Positions 19,364 through 28,478 of a stretch of 64,000 bases of DNA are shown piece by piece. Position 1 is the first letter of the stretch; each line of letters begins with the position of its first letter. Source of the stretch: Candidatus Binatia bacterium (lineage in GTDB: Bacteria > Desulfobacterota > Binatia > UBA9968 > JAJDTQ01); NCBI GenBank assembly GCA_963666515.2, contig OY762897.2, positions 2,208,001-2,272,000 on the forward strand. The letters run 5' to 3'. Below the pieces are notes generated by a model that worked only from the letters and a program-made list of their open reading frames with translations, was not told the DNA's origin and ran no database searches. The position numbers were made by a program, and so were the translations under genes.

Positions 19364-20995
19364 ATGCGTTCATTCAACACCACGGGGCCGGTGCGTCCGG
19401 AGGAGCACTACTGCATTCCGCCGCTCCAGCGACTCGACCTGGACGGTGTGCTCGAGCTGATACGCGGAGGGCGCTACTTCGTCCTGCACGCGCCGCGCCA
19501 GACAGGCAAGACCTCGGCCATGCTGGCGTTGCGCGACCTGCTCAACGACGGCGGTGAGTTCCGCTGCCTCTATGTCAACGTCGAGGCCGCGCAAGCCTCC
19601 CGAGAGAACCTGTCCGAAGCGATGGCTACCATCCTGACGGAGTTGCGCCGCCGCGCCCGCATCACGTTTCGCGACGATGCTATGGTGAATCTCGTAGCCG
19701 GGGTCGGGGAGCGCACCGCGCCGGGCAACGCGCTGTGCGAAAGCCTCACCCTTTGGTCGGAGGCCGATCCGAGGCCGCTGGTGGTGCTCATCGACGAGAT
19801 CGACACGCTCGTGGGCGACACCCTGATCTCGGTCTTGCGCCAATTGCGCTCGGGTTACGACTCCCGACCCGGGAGCTTTCCCCAGAGCGTGGCGCTGTGC
19901 GGCGTACGCGACGTCCGGGACTACCGTCTGCGTTCGGCCGCGGGCAACGAGGTGGTGACCGGCGGAAGCGCGTTCAACATCAAGGCCGCGTCCCTGCGGC
20001 TGGGAGACTTCAGCAACAGCGAGGTGCGCGCCCTGCTCGCGCAGCACAGCGATGAGACGGGGCAAGGATTCGAGGAAGAAGCGCTGGAGACGGTGTGGCG
20101 CCAGACCCGCGGCCAACCCTGGTTGGTCAACGCGCTGGCCAACGAGGCATGTTTCCGCAGCCGGACCGGACGCGACCGCACCCGCACGGTGACGGCGGAA
20201 GCAATCCTGGACGCCCAGGAGCAGATCATCCTCCGGCGCGAGACCCACCTCGATCAATTGGCGGACAAGCTGCAGGAAGAGCGCGTGCGCCGGGTCGTCG
20301 AACCCCTCCTCAGCGGCGGGGACGAACGGCCCTTCAGCGCCCGCGATGTCGAGTACGTCCGCGACCTCGGTCTCGTCGCGGTCGATCAGCCCCTGCGCCT
20401 GGCCAATCCCATCTACGCCGAAGTGGTCCCGCGCGAACTAACCGACGCAGCCCAGGAAGGACTCGTAGAGTCCACCTCCTGGTACGTGTCCCCAAACGGC
20501 GCCCTGGACCTCGACAAGCTCATGGCCGCGTTTCAGGCGTTCTTCCGCGAACACTCCGAACACTGGGTGGAACGGTTCGATTACAAGGAGGCCGGGCCGC
20601 AGCTCCTGTTGCAAGCGTTCCTCCAGCGCATCGTCAACGGCGGCGGACGCATCGAACGCGAGTACGGCCTCGGACGCCGGCGCACCGACCTGCTCATCGT
20701 GTGGCCCGAAGCCGCCCCCGCGTCCGACCCGCCCGGGTCGAGCGGCACCGCTCCCGTGGACAGTGCCGGCCGCGCTACCCGCCGCTACGTCATCGAGTGC
20801 AAGGTGCTGCGCAGGACCCTGGAACAGACCCTCGCGGAAGGCCTGGAACAGACCGTGGACTACATGGACCGCTGCAACGCCGAGGCCGGCCACCTGGTCA
20901 TATTCGACCGCACCACAGAACGGGAATGGAACGAGAGGATATTCCGCCGGGACGAAACGCTGAACGGAAGAGCCGTGACCGTATGGGGGATGTAG
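19364..20995 (+). CDS. AAA ATPase with C-terminal PD-(D/E)XK nuclease domain
   Basis: FNTTGP, APRQTGKTS (Walker A), VLIDEID (Walker B), SAFNIKA, REYGLGRRRTDLLI...VIECK. Confidence 0.88.
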   Translation: MRSFNTTGPVRPEEHYCIPPLQRLDLDGVLELIRGGRYFVLHAPRQTGKTSAMLALRDLLNDGGEFRCLYVNVEAAQASRENLSEAMATILTELRRRARITFRDDAMVNLVAGVGERTAPGNALCESLTLWSEADPRPLVVLIDEIDTLVGDTLISVLRQLRSGYDSRPGSFPQSVALCGVRDVRDYRLRSAAGNEVVTGGSAFNIKAASLRLGDFSNSEVRALLAQHSDETGQGFEEEALETVWRQTRGQPWLVNALANEACFRSRTGRDRTRTVTAEAILDAQEQIILRRETHLDQLADKLQEERVRRVVEPLLSGGDERPFSARDVEYVRDLGLVAVDQPLRLANPIYAEVVPRELTDAAQEGLVESTSWYVSPNGALDLDKLMAAFQAFFREHSEHWVERFDYKEAGPQLLLQAFLQRIVNGGGRIEREYGLGRRRTDLLIVWPEAAPASDPPGSSGTAPVDSAGRATRRYVIECKVLRRTLEQTLAEGLEQTVDYMDRCNAEAGHLVIFDRTTEREWNERIFRRDETLNGRAVTVWGM

Positions 20996-21182
20996 CCAGC
21001 CGGGACACGAGCCATCAAGCAAGGATATGGAACCTGTCATGAAGGAGATCGGGGTCAAGAACTTGAATGCCCGGCGCTGACACGGATCTCCGATCCCTTT
21101 TGCGGGAGCACGCTGAGCCACGAAGCGACTACACCGGAAGCCGAAAATGAGTGCCACGGAGTCTAGAAACTAGGAGTGCGCC

Positions 21183-22496
21183 ATGGATTCGGTCACCCTC
21201 AAGAATTTCCGCTGCTTTCGTGAGGAACAGACAGCTCGCTTGGCGCCACTGACCCTTCTTGTGGGTGAGAACAGCACCGGCAAGACCTCGTTCATGGCAA
21301 TGATCCGCGCGTTGTGGGATGTCGCCTACCGGCATCGAGCGCCGGATTTCAAGGAAGAGCCTTACGACTTGGGCAGCTTTGACGAAATCGCCCACCATCG
21401 AGGAGGCAGGGGCGGAAGAACTAGGGCGTTCGAGGCAGGATTCGAGGTCGCCCCGACAGTGCCCAAGGATGCGCCGGGAGGCGCCGACCGCCGCCCCTAC
21501 CGCTTCGACACGACTTTTGAATGCGTGGGCACCGCGCCGCATCCAGTGAAGTTGCGGGTCTCACGCAACGGGACCTCCGCCGAGTCCTGGCTGATGGATG
21601 ACGTTTGGGGCGGCCAATGCCAAACTCCAACGAATCAATGGGCTTATGTGCCGGGAGCGTCCGGAGTTAGAGTAGGCGACGATGTCTTGTTAGTGTCGCC
21701 CTATTATCTGACGGAGATCAACCTTTTTCCGCGGGTTCCCGAGCCGTCCTCGGACGAGATGGAATTGATCCGTGAACTCCTGGTCGGCTTTTACGGCCAT
21801 ACCATTGGGCGCCCCTATGCCAGCGCACCGGTAAGGTCCAGACCGCGCAGAACCTACGACCCTGCCCGCGTTAGCCGTGATCCCGAAGGGGACTACATCC
21901 CGATGTATCTCGCGAGCACGTACTTTCAGGAGTCGCAAACATGGGCAGGGCTCCAGGAAGCTTTGGTTCGCTTTGGAAGGGCGGCAGGCCTCTTTGACGA
22001 AATCGCGATCAAGCCTCTTGGAAAGCGAAACACCGAGCCCTTTCAGATAACAGTAAGAAAGGGAGGAAACCGGGTAAAGGGTCCGCCCCGGAACCTGATC
22101 GATGTTGGATACGGCGTTAGCCAAGTGCTCCCACTTATTACCGAACTGTTGCGTCCAGACGCACCGTCGATGTTTCTGTTACAGCAACCCGAGGTTCATC
22201 TGCATCCTAGCGCCCAAGCCGCTTTGGGGACCCTGTTCTGTCAAGTGGCCTCACGGAGACGGAAGTTAGTGGTCGAGACCCACAGCGATCACCTGCTCGA
22301 CCGGGTGCGCATGGACGTCCGCGACGGCAAAACACGGTTGAAGCCGGAGGACGTCTCCATCCTGTTCTTCGAACGTGGCGATCTGGAGGTAAACATCCAC
22401 GCTCTGCGAATCGATCAGGAAGGGAATATCCTGGATGCGCCGCCGAGCTACCGCCGGTTCTTCATGCAAGAGACCCGCCGGTCTCTGGGGCTCTGA
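21183..22496 (+). CDS. ABC-fold AAA_15/AAA_21-type ATPase (DUF3696-like C-terminus)
   Basis: LKNFRCF, GENSTGKT, DVGYGVSQVLP, LLQQPEVHLHPSAQ, VETHSDH. Confidence 0.88.
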   Translation: MDSVTLKNFRCFREEQTARLAPLTLLVGENSTGKTSFMAMIRALWDVAYRHRAPDFKEEPYDLGSFDEIAHHRGGRGGRTRAFEAGFEVAPTVPKDAPGGADRRPYRFDTTFECVGTAPHPVKLRVSRNGTSAESWLMDDVWGGQCQTPTNQWAYVPGASGVRVGDDVLLVSPYYLTEINLFPRVPEPSSDEMELIRELLVGFYGHTIGRPYASAPVRSRPRRTYDPARVSRDPEGDYIPMYLASTYFQESQTWAGLQEALVRFGRAAGLFDEIAIKPLGKRNTEPFQITVRKGGNRVKGPPRNLIDVGYGVSQVLPLITELLRPDAPSMFLLQQPEVHLHPSAQAALGTLFCQVASRRRKLVVETHSDHLLDRVRMDVRDGKTRLKPEDVSILFFERGDLEVNIHALRIDQEGNILDAPPSYRRFFMQETRRSLGL

Positions 22497-22499
22497 GGC

Positions 22500-22961
22500 A
22501 TGTGCGCCATTATTGACGCAAACGCCGCCTCGGAGGTGTTCGGATCCAATCGTCCCGAGGCTGGAGTGAAGTTCTTCGACTGGTTCTACGCAGGCAAGGG
22601 TCGCTTATTCATCGGCGGGCAACTTCTTGAGGAACTCAACCGCACGCCGGTTCGAGAGTGGGCGCGACAAGGGCTCAATTCTGGATGGCTCCGAAAGGTG
22701 CCGGATAACGACGTAAACGCCAAGACCCAACAAATCCGGGACGAGGGTCAATGCAGGTCAGATGACCCGCACGTTCTGGCCCTCGCCGTAGTGAGCGGCG
22801 CGCGGCTCTTGTACTCGAACGATGCAGACTTGCAGCAGGATTTCAAGGACAAGAATCTGATCGACAACCCACGTGGGAAGGTCTACTCGACGCGTGAGGC
22901 AACGAGCTTCCAGCAAAGTCACGCAAGGCTGCTTCAGAGGAAAGACTTGTGCCGCCCCTGA
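22500..22961 (+). CDS. PIN-domain protein
   Basis: IIDAN, LEEL, SDDPHVLALA and LYSND give the four acidic PIN positions; starts 3 bp after the ATPase stop. Confidence 0.8.
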   Translation: MCAIIDANAASEVFGSNRPEAGVKFFDWFYAGKGRLFIGGQLLEELNRTPVREWARQGLNSGWLRKVPDNDVNAKTQQIRDEGQCRSDDPHVLALAVVSGARLLYSNDADLQQDFKDKNLIDNPRGKVYSTREATSFQQSHARLLQRKDLCRP

Positions 22962-23102
22962 AGGGCACAACTCTATTCGATGTCGTGGGCTTCGACATCG
23001 ACCATGGGTCCACGCGTCTCGACCTCTCCACGTTGGAGACGATCTCATAGTCGGGCGTTCACGAACGCTGATCGAGTCTCTGTCACATCGGCGTTGATAC
23101 CC

Positions 23103-23166
23103 TCGCCGGATCTGTTCCGCACCGTCCTGAGGTGGCTGAACCGGCAACTTGTTGGGGAGTAAGGAG
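23103..23166 (+). pseudogene. Orphan duplicate of the hydrolase 3' end (right copy of direct repeat)
   Basis: Encodes SPDLFRTVLRWLNRQLVGE* versus SPDVFPTILRWLHRELDGE* of 18241..19338. Confidence 0.82.
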
Positions 23167-23172
23167 ACGCCC

Positions 23173-24810
23173 CTACCCCACCTTCCCCCGCGCTTCCATG
23201 ATCTTCTTGACCACGGCTTCGACGTCCGGTTCGTCCACGAACGGCGACATGATGTAGGACTTGAGCGCGTAGATGGGCTCGCCGTAGGCGGTGCGGCGGT
23301 AACAGTCGGTGTTGGAGATGACGACGCCGCGGCCGGACATGGCCTCGGAGTGGACGTACCGGAAAATGTTCCGGTTGAACTCGTTGTGGGCCAGCAGGGT
23401 GTCGCGGAAGGCTGGGTCTTCCAACTCCTGGCGCTTGATGGCGAATGTGTCCACGCCCGGCGGATAGGCACGGAACAGGGTCACGGTGCCGAAGTTGTCG
23501 CGGTTGAGCACGGTGGTGCCCTCGCGTCCCTCCAGGTGCTCGCGCAGCAGTTGCGCCATCTCCACCATGTGTCCCAGCACCACCCGCAGGCCCTCGCGCC
23601 CGAACAGGCGGTAGTTGGCGAGGGCGGCCAGCGGCCCGGTGCCGGCCCGGGACGTCTCCAGGGTGTACATGCCGGGGCGGTGCTCGCCGAAGTGGTAGAG
23701 GTAAGGCATCTGTGCCGGGTCCCGGGCCAGTCGCTGCAGGTCGCCGCGGTCCTTCGCCAGCACCAAGCTGGAGATGTACGGCGCGAAGCCGGTCTTGTGG
23801 AAGTCCACGCCCACGGAATCCGCCAGCGACAGGTGGCGGATGCGGCGGCACGCCCCCGCCAGGGCGCGCAGGGTGCGCGGCCGGAAGCCCAGGGGGTTGC
23901 CCTCGAAGTCATAGTCGTTGAAAACCGCCCACGCCCAGCCGATGACCGCGTCGGCGTGGATGTGCGGGCGGTAGGCGAGCCGGTACTCGTCCACCAGCGT
24001 GTCCCGCAACTTCGCGACGGCCTCCAGGTCGTCGAGGCCGAACGAATCGGTGGTGCCCATGGTGGCGATGATGGCTGCGATTTTCCTGCCCTCCGACAGT
24101 GCCTTGCGCGCCGCTTCCTCCAGTTGCGCCAGATCGATCTCGTTCTCCGGAGTCGTCGGGACCGTGATCAGGCTGCGGGTTCCCAGGCCGAGCCAGCCGG
24201 CGATGTTGGCGGCGCAGTAGTGCCCGGTGTCGGACACCAGGATCACCGCCTCCCTTGACACCCCGTTCTGGATCGTGTCCGGGCACGCCTTCTCCAGCCC
24301 CATCTTCACCCCGTAGAGGGACGTGCCGGTGCCGCCGAACGTGAACACGCCGCCGGCCCGTTCCGGGTCGTAGCCGATGAGCCCGGCGGTCGTGCCCGTG
24401 GCCTCCACTTCGGCCAACGCCACCAAGCGGCTGTATTCGTCCCAGGCGACGTTGGGGTTGTACAACGCGGCCAGCAGCACGCCGATGACGCTGGGGATGG
24501 TCGGCGGAGGGATGACGTTCTGCTGCGTGCGGGGGTGGCCGAAGATGGTCATGCCCTGAAGGTAGTCCACGAGGTCGGCGGTCACAGCCTCCACCGACGA
24601 CGGCCCCTCCGGCAAGGCCGCGTTGCGCGCCTCCCCGAAGTCCCCGGCGGTCAGCGCCCCGAGTATCGGCAGGTCGGACTTCAACGCATCCACCTGGTCG
24701 AGGGCGCGCATGATGGAGTGGACGAAGTACGAATCGTGGATCGGATCGGATACCGGCTGCGGGAACGCCAGCCGAACCTTGTCCAGGATGTCGCGATAGG
24801 GTGTAGTCAT
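23173..24810 (-). CDS. Group II PLP-dependent decarboxylase
   Basis: GVFTFGGT, ATMGTTDSFGLDD, IHADAVIG, VDFHKTG (PLP lysine). Confidence 0.88.
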   Translation of the reverse strand: MTTPYRDILDKVRLAFPQPVSDPIHDSYFVHSIMRALDQVDALKSDLPILGALTAGDFGEARNAALPEGPSSVEAVTADLVDYLQGMTIFGHPRTQQNVIPPPTIPSVIGVLLAALYNPNVAWDEYSRLVALAEVEATGTTAGLIGYDPERAGGVFTFGGTGTSLYGVKMGLEKACPDTIQNGVSREAVILVSDTGHYCAANIAGWLGLGTRSLITVPTTPENEIDLAQLEEAARKALSEGRKIAAIIATMGTTDSFGLDDLEAVAKLRDTLVDEYRLAYRPHIHADAVIGWAWAVFNDYDFEGNPLGFRPRTLRALAGACRRIRHLSLADSVGVDFHKTGFAPYISSLVLAKDRGDLQRLARDPAQMPYLYHFGEHRPGMYTLETSRAGTGPLAALANYRLFGREGLRVVLGHMVEMAQLLREHLEGREGTTVLNRDNFGTVTLFRAYPPGVDTFAIKRQELEDPAFRDTLLAHNEFNRNIFRYVHSEAMSGRGVVISNTDCYRRTAYGEPIYALKSYIMSPFVDEPDVEAVVKKIMEARGKVG

Positions 24811-24822
24811 GAAACGGAGTCC

Positions 24823-25314
24823 TCACCTGTCAGGAAGCGGGACCCAGCGCGAGAAGGTGGCGGCCTGTCCCTGCTTGACGCCGTGCTCGTCGAGCACGTT
24901 CCACACGGTGGCCTGCTTCACCAGGAAGCGCCGGCCGCTTTTCGATATGCGCACGCCCTCGTAGTCGGTGACGAAGCCGTGCTCGGCCGCCTGACGGAGC
25001 ATCCGGGCGCGCTCGGTGCGGTTCACGGGCTCCGCGGTCAGACGCGACGGAGTGGCCGTCAACTCCGGCCAGGTCATTTCCCACAAGAGCAGCGCCTGCC
25101 GATTGCCGTAGTTGAGGACAGGGTCTTCCGCGTTGGCGTGGGACACCACCACGAAAGGAGCAAAGAAGAGCCTCCGGCTTTGCTCGTCCAGGGTGCCGGT
25201 CCGCTCGACCAGATCACGTTTCAACCAGAACGCGTAGCTGTCCAGGAGCCGGCGTATCCAGGTGAGTTCCATGGCCGGCATCGGCTGTGGCAGGCATTCG
25301 GACGGCTCCTTCAT
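24823..25314 (-). CDS. Stand-alone MEKHLA (PAS-like) domain protein
   Basis: APFVVVSH, DPVLNYGN, PSRLTAEP, YEGVRISKSGRRF, VWNV, GQAATF; start uncertain (25314, 25281 or 25272). Confidence 0.85.
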   Translation of the reverse strand: MKEPSECLPQPMPAMELTWIRRLLDSYAFWLKRDLVERTGTLDEQSRRLFFAPFVVVSHANAEDPVLNYGNRQALLLWEMTWPELTATPSRLTAEPVNRTERARMLRQAAEHGFVTDYEGVRISKSGRRFLVKQATVWNVLDEHGVKQGQAATFSRWVPLPDR

Positions 25315-25452
25315 ATCCGGCTTCAATCTATGCTTGGACCACCGACCGGTCAAACGGTTCCCCAGGACCTGCCGATCCCGCGCGGCAATGCGGACATTTG
25401 CAGAAAATCGGTGAAATGCCATAAACCGGGCAGCAGAAAGGAGCGGACGGCG

Positions 25453-26088
25453 ATGATCACTCTCTACAGCAAGGCGACCTCCAACGGCCGCAAGGCATCC
25501 ATCATGTTGGAGGAGTCGGGGCTGGACTACACGGTCAGGCCCATGGCCCTGGAGAACATGGAGCAGAAGGAAGACTGGTACTTGGCCATCAACCCCAACG
25601 GACGGATTCCCTGCATTGTGGATGACGACGGCCCTGAAGGCGCGTCCGTCACCGTGTTCGAGTCCGGCGCCATCCTCATCTATCTGGCGGAGAAGTCGGG
25701 ACGGCTCCTGCCCCAAGAACCCGCCGCCCGCATGGAAGCGCTGAACTGGCTCTTCTTCGCCTCCGGCCACATCACCCACACGGGCCTTGGCGTCCACTGG
25801 CAGATACGCTGCCGCGACGCCGGCGAAGAGCACGCCCATCTGGGCGTCTGGCAGACGGAGAACAACCGGGTCTATGGCGTGCTCAACCGGGGGCTGGAAG
25901 GCCGGGATTATCTGGCGGGGGACTACTCCATAGCGGATGTGGCGGCCTACCCCTGGACCTACCGCTGGGAGATGCAGGAAATCGACCTCGACAGCTATCC
26001 CAACGTCCGGGAGTGGCTGGGCCGTGTCGGCGCCCGGCCGGCGGTGCAGCGGGGGTTGCAGATTCCGCCGCGGGACGACGGACTTTGA
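25453..26088 (+). CDS. Glutathione S-transferase (Ure2p/YfcG-like)
   Basis: SNGRKASIMLEE, INPNGRIP, FESGAILIYLAEK, YSIADVA. Confidence 0.9.
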   Translation: MITLYSKATSNGRKASIMLEESGLDYTVRPMALENMEQKEDWYLAINPNGRIPCIVDDDGPEGASVTVFESGAILIYLAEKSGRLLPQEPAARMEALNWLFFASGHITHTGLGVHWQIRCRDAGEEHAHLGVWQTENNRVYGVLNRGLEGRDYLAGDYSIADVAAYPWTYRWEMQEIDLDSYPNVREWLGRVGARPAVQRGLQIPPRDDGL

Positions 26089-26227
26089 GCGTTACGCCTC
26101 GTCAATGAAGGCTATATCAAGATCAGAGTTTGAATTAGCCTACAATACGCCGTTCGTTTATAACAAGTTTAACCCAGTTTATCAGAATTTGATAAACTTC
26201 CTAAACTCGCTATAAATCCCTCCCGCC

Positions 26228-26938
26228 CTACTCGAACAGCTCAAGCAACGCATCCACCGCAACCCGCGTATCGGAGAAGTCCGGCAGCAGCCGGTCCGCG
26301 TCCAGCTTCCGCAACTCTTCCAGGGGATTGTAGCGGCCGGTGGCCACGAGCAGGCATTTCATGCCGTTGGTCCTGGCGGCTTCGAGGTCGCGGGGGGTGT
26401 CGCCGACGATGACGCAGTGGCGGGGCTCCACGGGGAGGTTCAGGTGGGCCTGCCACCGTTCCATGGCGATGCGGGGGAGGTCGTTGCGGTTGGCGGAGTC
26501 GCTGCCGAAGGCGCCGGGGCCGATATATTCGCCGACGCCCGCGGCCTGGAGCTTGAGGCGGGCGGTGACCTCCATGTTGCCGGTGACGACGCCGAGGCAG
26601 AGGTCCGGCAGGCGGCTCAACTCGCGCACCAGCTCGGGGACGCCGGGCAGCGCGCGTACCCGCGTGGGGCCTTCGGAGATGGCGCGGGTGTAGCTTTCCT
26701 TCAGGCGCGCGCTGAAGGTGGCCAAATCCGCGGGGCTCCATTCCACCTCGTGGCCGCCGGCGTCGAATATCTCCTGCAGGATGATCGGATCGGTCTTGCC
26801 GTCGGGGCGGATGGTGCGGATGTCGCCAGGGACGCCGAAGGTCTTGAGGATGGCCTCGTTGAAGGCGACGTGGCCCTCCTGGGACCGGAGCATTGTGCCG
26901 TCGAGGTCGAAAAAGATGATGTTGGGTGTGCTGGCCAT
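26228..26938 (-). CDS. HAD-family phosphatase
   Basis: FFDLDGT, VVTGN, KL, VGDTPRD. Confidence 0.9.
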   Translation of the reverse strand: MASTPNIIFFDLDGTMLRSQEGHVAFNEAILKTFGVPGDIRTIRPDGKTDPIILQEIFDAGGHEVEWSPADLATFSARLKESYTRAISEGPTRVRALPGVPELVRELSRLPDLCLGVVTGNMEVTARLKLQAAGVGEYIGPGAFGSDSANRNDLPRIAMERWQAHLNLPVEPRHCVIVGDTPRDLEAARTNGMKCLLVATGRYNPLEELRKLDADRLLPDFSDTRVAVDALLELFE

Positions 26939-27007
26939 GACGGACTGGAAACTTATACGCTCGCGGCGCGCATGGGAAGGGAGGCGGCCGGCCCCACCCC
27001 TCGCCCC

Positions 27008-27036
27008 CTGGACCCCGGATCAAGTCCGGGGTGACG
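27008..27036. repeat. Family A-like palindromic repeat variant (CTGGACCCCGGATCAAGTCCGGGGTGACG)
   Basis: Same CTGGA...TGACG ends as family A around a different stem. Confidence 0.7.
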
Positions 27037-27060
27037 GGTTCGGCGGACCGGCCGGCGGAA

Positions 27061-27089
27061 TTGACAAAACCGCCTGCTCCGGCTACGAA
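27061..27089 (+). promoter_or_regulatory. Sigma70-type promoter for the riboswitch leader
   Basis: TTGACA-17 bp-TACGAA just before the aptamer. Confidence 0.5.
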
Positions 27090-27092
27090 GAA

Positions 27093-27166
27093 GGTCGCAC
27101 AACTGGCGTGTACGTGGATTCAACCACGGGGGAGTGCTTTACTGCTGGACGGCCGTACGCCTGGGT
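27093..27166 (+). ncRNA. ZMP/ZTP (pfl) riboswitch
   Basis: GGTCGCAC-AACTGGCG...GTGG-ATTCAA-CCAC-GGGGGAGTGC...GCCGTACGCCTGGG; GCAC/GTGC stem and GGCG/CGCC pseudoknot. Confidence 0.85.
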
Positions 27167-27195
27167 CTCTGTGCCGAAGAGGTTCAGGCTTTTTT
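27159..27195 (+). terminator. Intrinsic terminator of the riboswitch expression platform
   Basis: GCCTGGGTCTCT / AGAGGTTCAGGC stem followed by T6; overlaps the aptamer 3' end. Confidence 0.78.
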
Positions 27196-27257
27196 GTGCG
27201 CAAAACCCGTCGAGTGAAGCAATTCATGCCGCTGTGGCGGCCATTGGATGTGACGCC

Positions 27258-28403
27258 ATGATCAAGCAATACCTCCTTTCTCCCGGGCCGACGCCCATTC
27301 CCAACGAAGTGCAGTTGGCCATGGCGCAGACCATGATCCATCACCGGACGCCGGAGTTCGCGGCGGTCCTGGAGGAGGCGCGGCAGGGTCTGAAGACGCT
27401 GTTCGGCGCGAAGAACGACGTGATCATCCTGGCCTCGTCCGGCACCGGCGCCATGGAGGCGGCGGTGACCAATCTGTTCTCGCCGGAAGACAAGGTGATC
27501 CTGGTCAACGGCGGCAAGTTCGGCGAACGCTGGCTGCGCATCTGCCGGACCTTCGGCCTCGACGTGGTGGAGATCACGGTGGAATGGGGCAAGGCCGTGG
27601 AGGTGAGCGCGGTGGAACGGGCGCTCCGGGCCCACCCCGATGCCAAGGGCGTGCTGGTCCAGGCCAGCGAGACCTCCACCACGACGCTGCACCCGGTGCG
27701 GGAGATCGCGGAACTGACGCGCGACGGGGGACCGTTGCTCCTGGTGGACGGCGTGACCGCGGTGGGGGTGCTGTCGGTGCCCATGGACGAGTGGGGCATC
27801 GACGCCCTGGTGACGGGCTCCCAGAAGGCGATGATGCTGCCGCCGGGCCTGGCCTTCATCGGCCTGAGCGACCGCGCCTGGCAACGGACCCGGGAAGCCG
27901 CATCCCCGCGCTTCTACTTCGACCTGGAGAGCGAGCGGAAGGGACAGGCCAAGGGCTCCACCGCCTACACGCCCGCGGTGTCGCTGGTGTTCGGACTGTG
28001 CGCCGCCCTCAAGCTCATGCGCGAAGAGGGGCTCGACCGGGTCTACGCGCGGCACGACCGCATGGCCCGGGCCACCCGCGCGGCGGTGACGGCCATGGGC
28101 CTCAAGCTGCTGTCGCCCGACAACCCCAGCCCCGCGGCCACGGGCCTCTACGTGCCCGATGGGACCGACGGCGACGCCTTGCTCGATTACCTGCGGGCGC
28201 GCATGGGGGTCACCCTGGCGGAGGGACAGGACCACCTGCAGGGGAAGGTCATCCGCATCGCCCACGTGGGACACATGGGCGCCTTCGACGTCATCGTGGC
28301 GGTCAGCGCGCTGGAGATGGCCTTCCGCAAGTTCGGCCTGCCGGTCACTCTCGGCCGGGCCGTGGCCGCGGCGCAGGAGATCCTGCTGGAGGCGCTGGAC
28401 TGA
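27258..28403 (+). CDS. Class V aminotransferase (serine-pyruvate/alanine-glyoxylate family), probable SerC substitute
   Basis: PGPTP, SSGTGAMEA, ETST, GSQKAMMLPPG; directly upstream of serA. Confidence 0.9.
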   Translation: MIKQYLLSPGPTPIPNEVQLAMAQTMIHHRTPEFAAVLEEARQGLKTLFGAKNDVIILASSGTGAMEAAVTNLFSPEDKVILVNGGKFGERWLRICRTFGLDVVEITVEWGKAVEVSAVERALRAHPDAKGVLVQASETSTTTLHPVREIAELTRDGGPLLLVDGVTAVGVLSVPMDEWGIDALVTGSQKAMMLPPGLAFIGLSDRAWQRTREAASPRFYFDLESERKGQAKGSTAYTPAVSLVFGLCAALKLMREEGLDRVYARHDRMARATRAAVTAMGLKLLSPDNPSPAATGLYVPDGTDGDALLDYLRARMGVTLAEGQDHLQGKVIRIAHVGHMGAFDVIVAVSALEMAFRKFGLPVTLGRAVAAAQEILLEALD

Positions 28404-28478
28404 CCCATGAACCTGATGGACCACCGCGAGGCGCCCGTGAACGGCGCGGACGCAAGTGAGAGCAGAGGTGACAGCGAC

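Larger units (their letters stand above)
19343..23166. mobile_element. Putative inserted defence-like cassette without integrase
   Basis: Flanked by the duplicated gene end; carries ATPase and nuclease genes; 21000-23100 is visibly lower in GC than the flanks. Confidence 0.6.

Noticed and set aside
21039-21080. Mini-ORF MKEIGVKNLNARR resembling a Phd antitoxin N-terminus
   Set aside because: Only 13 codons; similarity too short to support.
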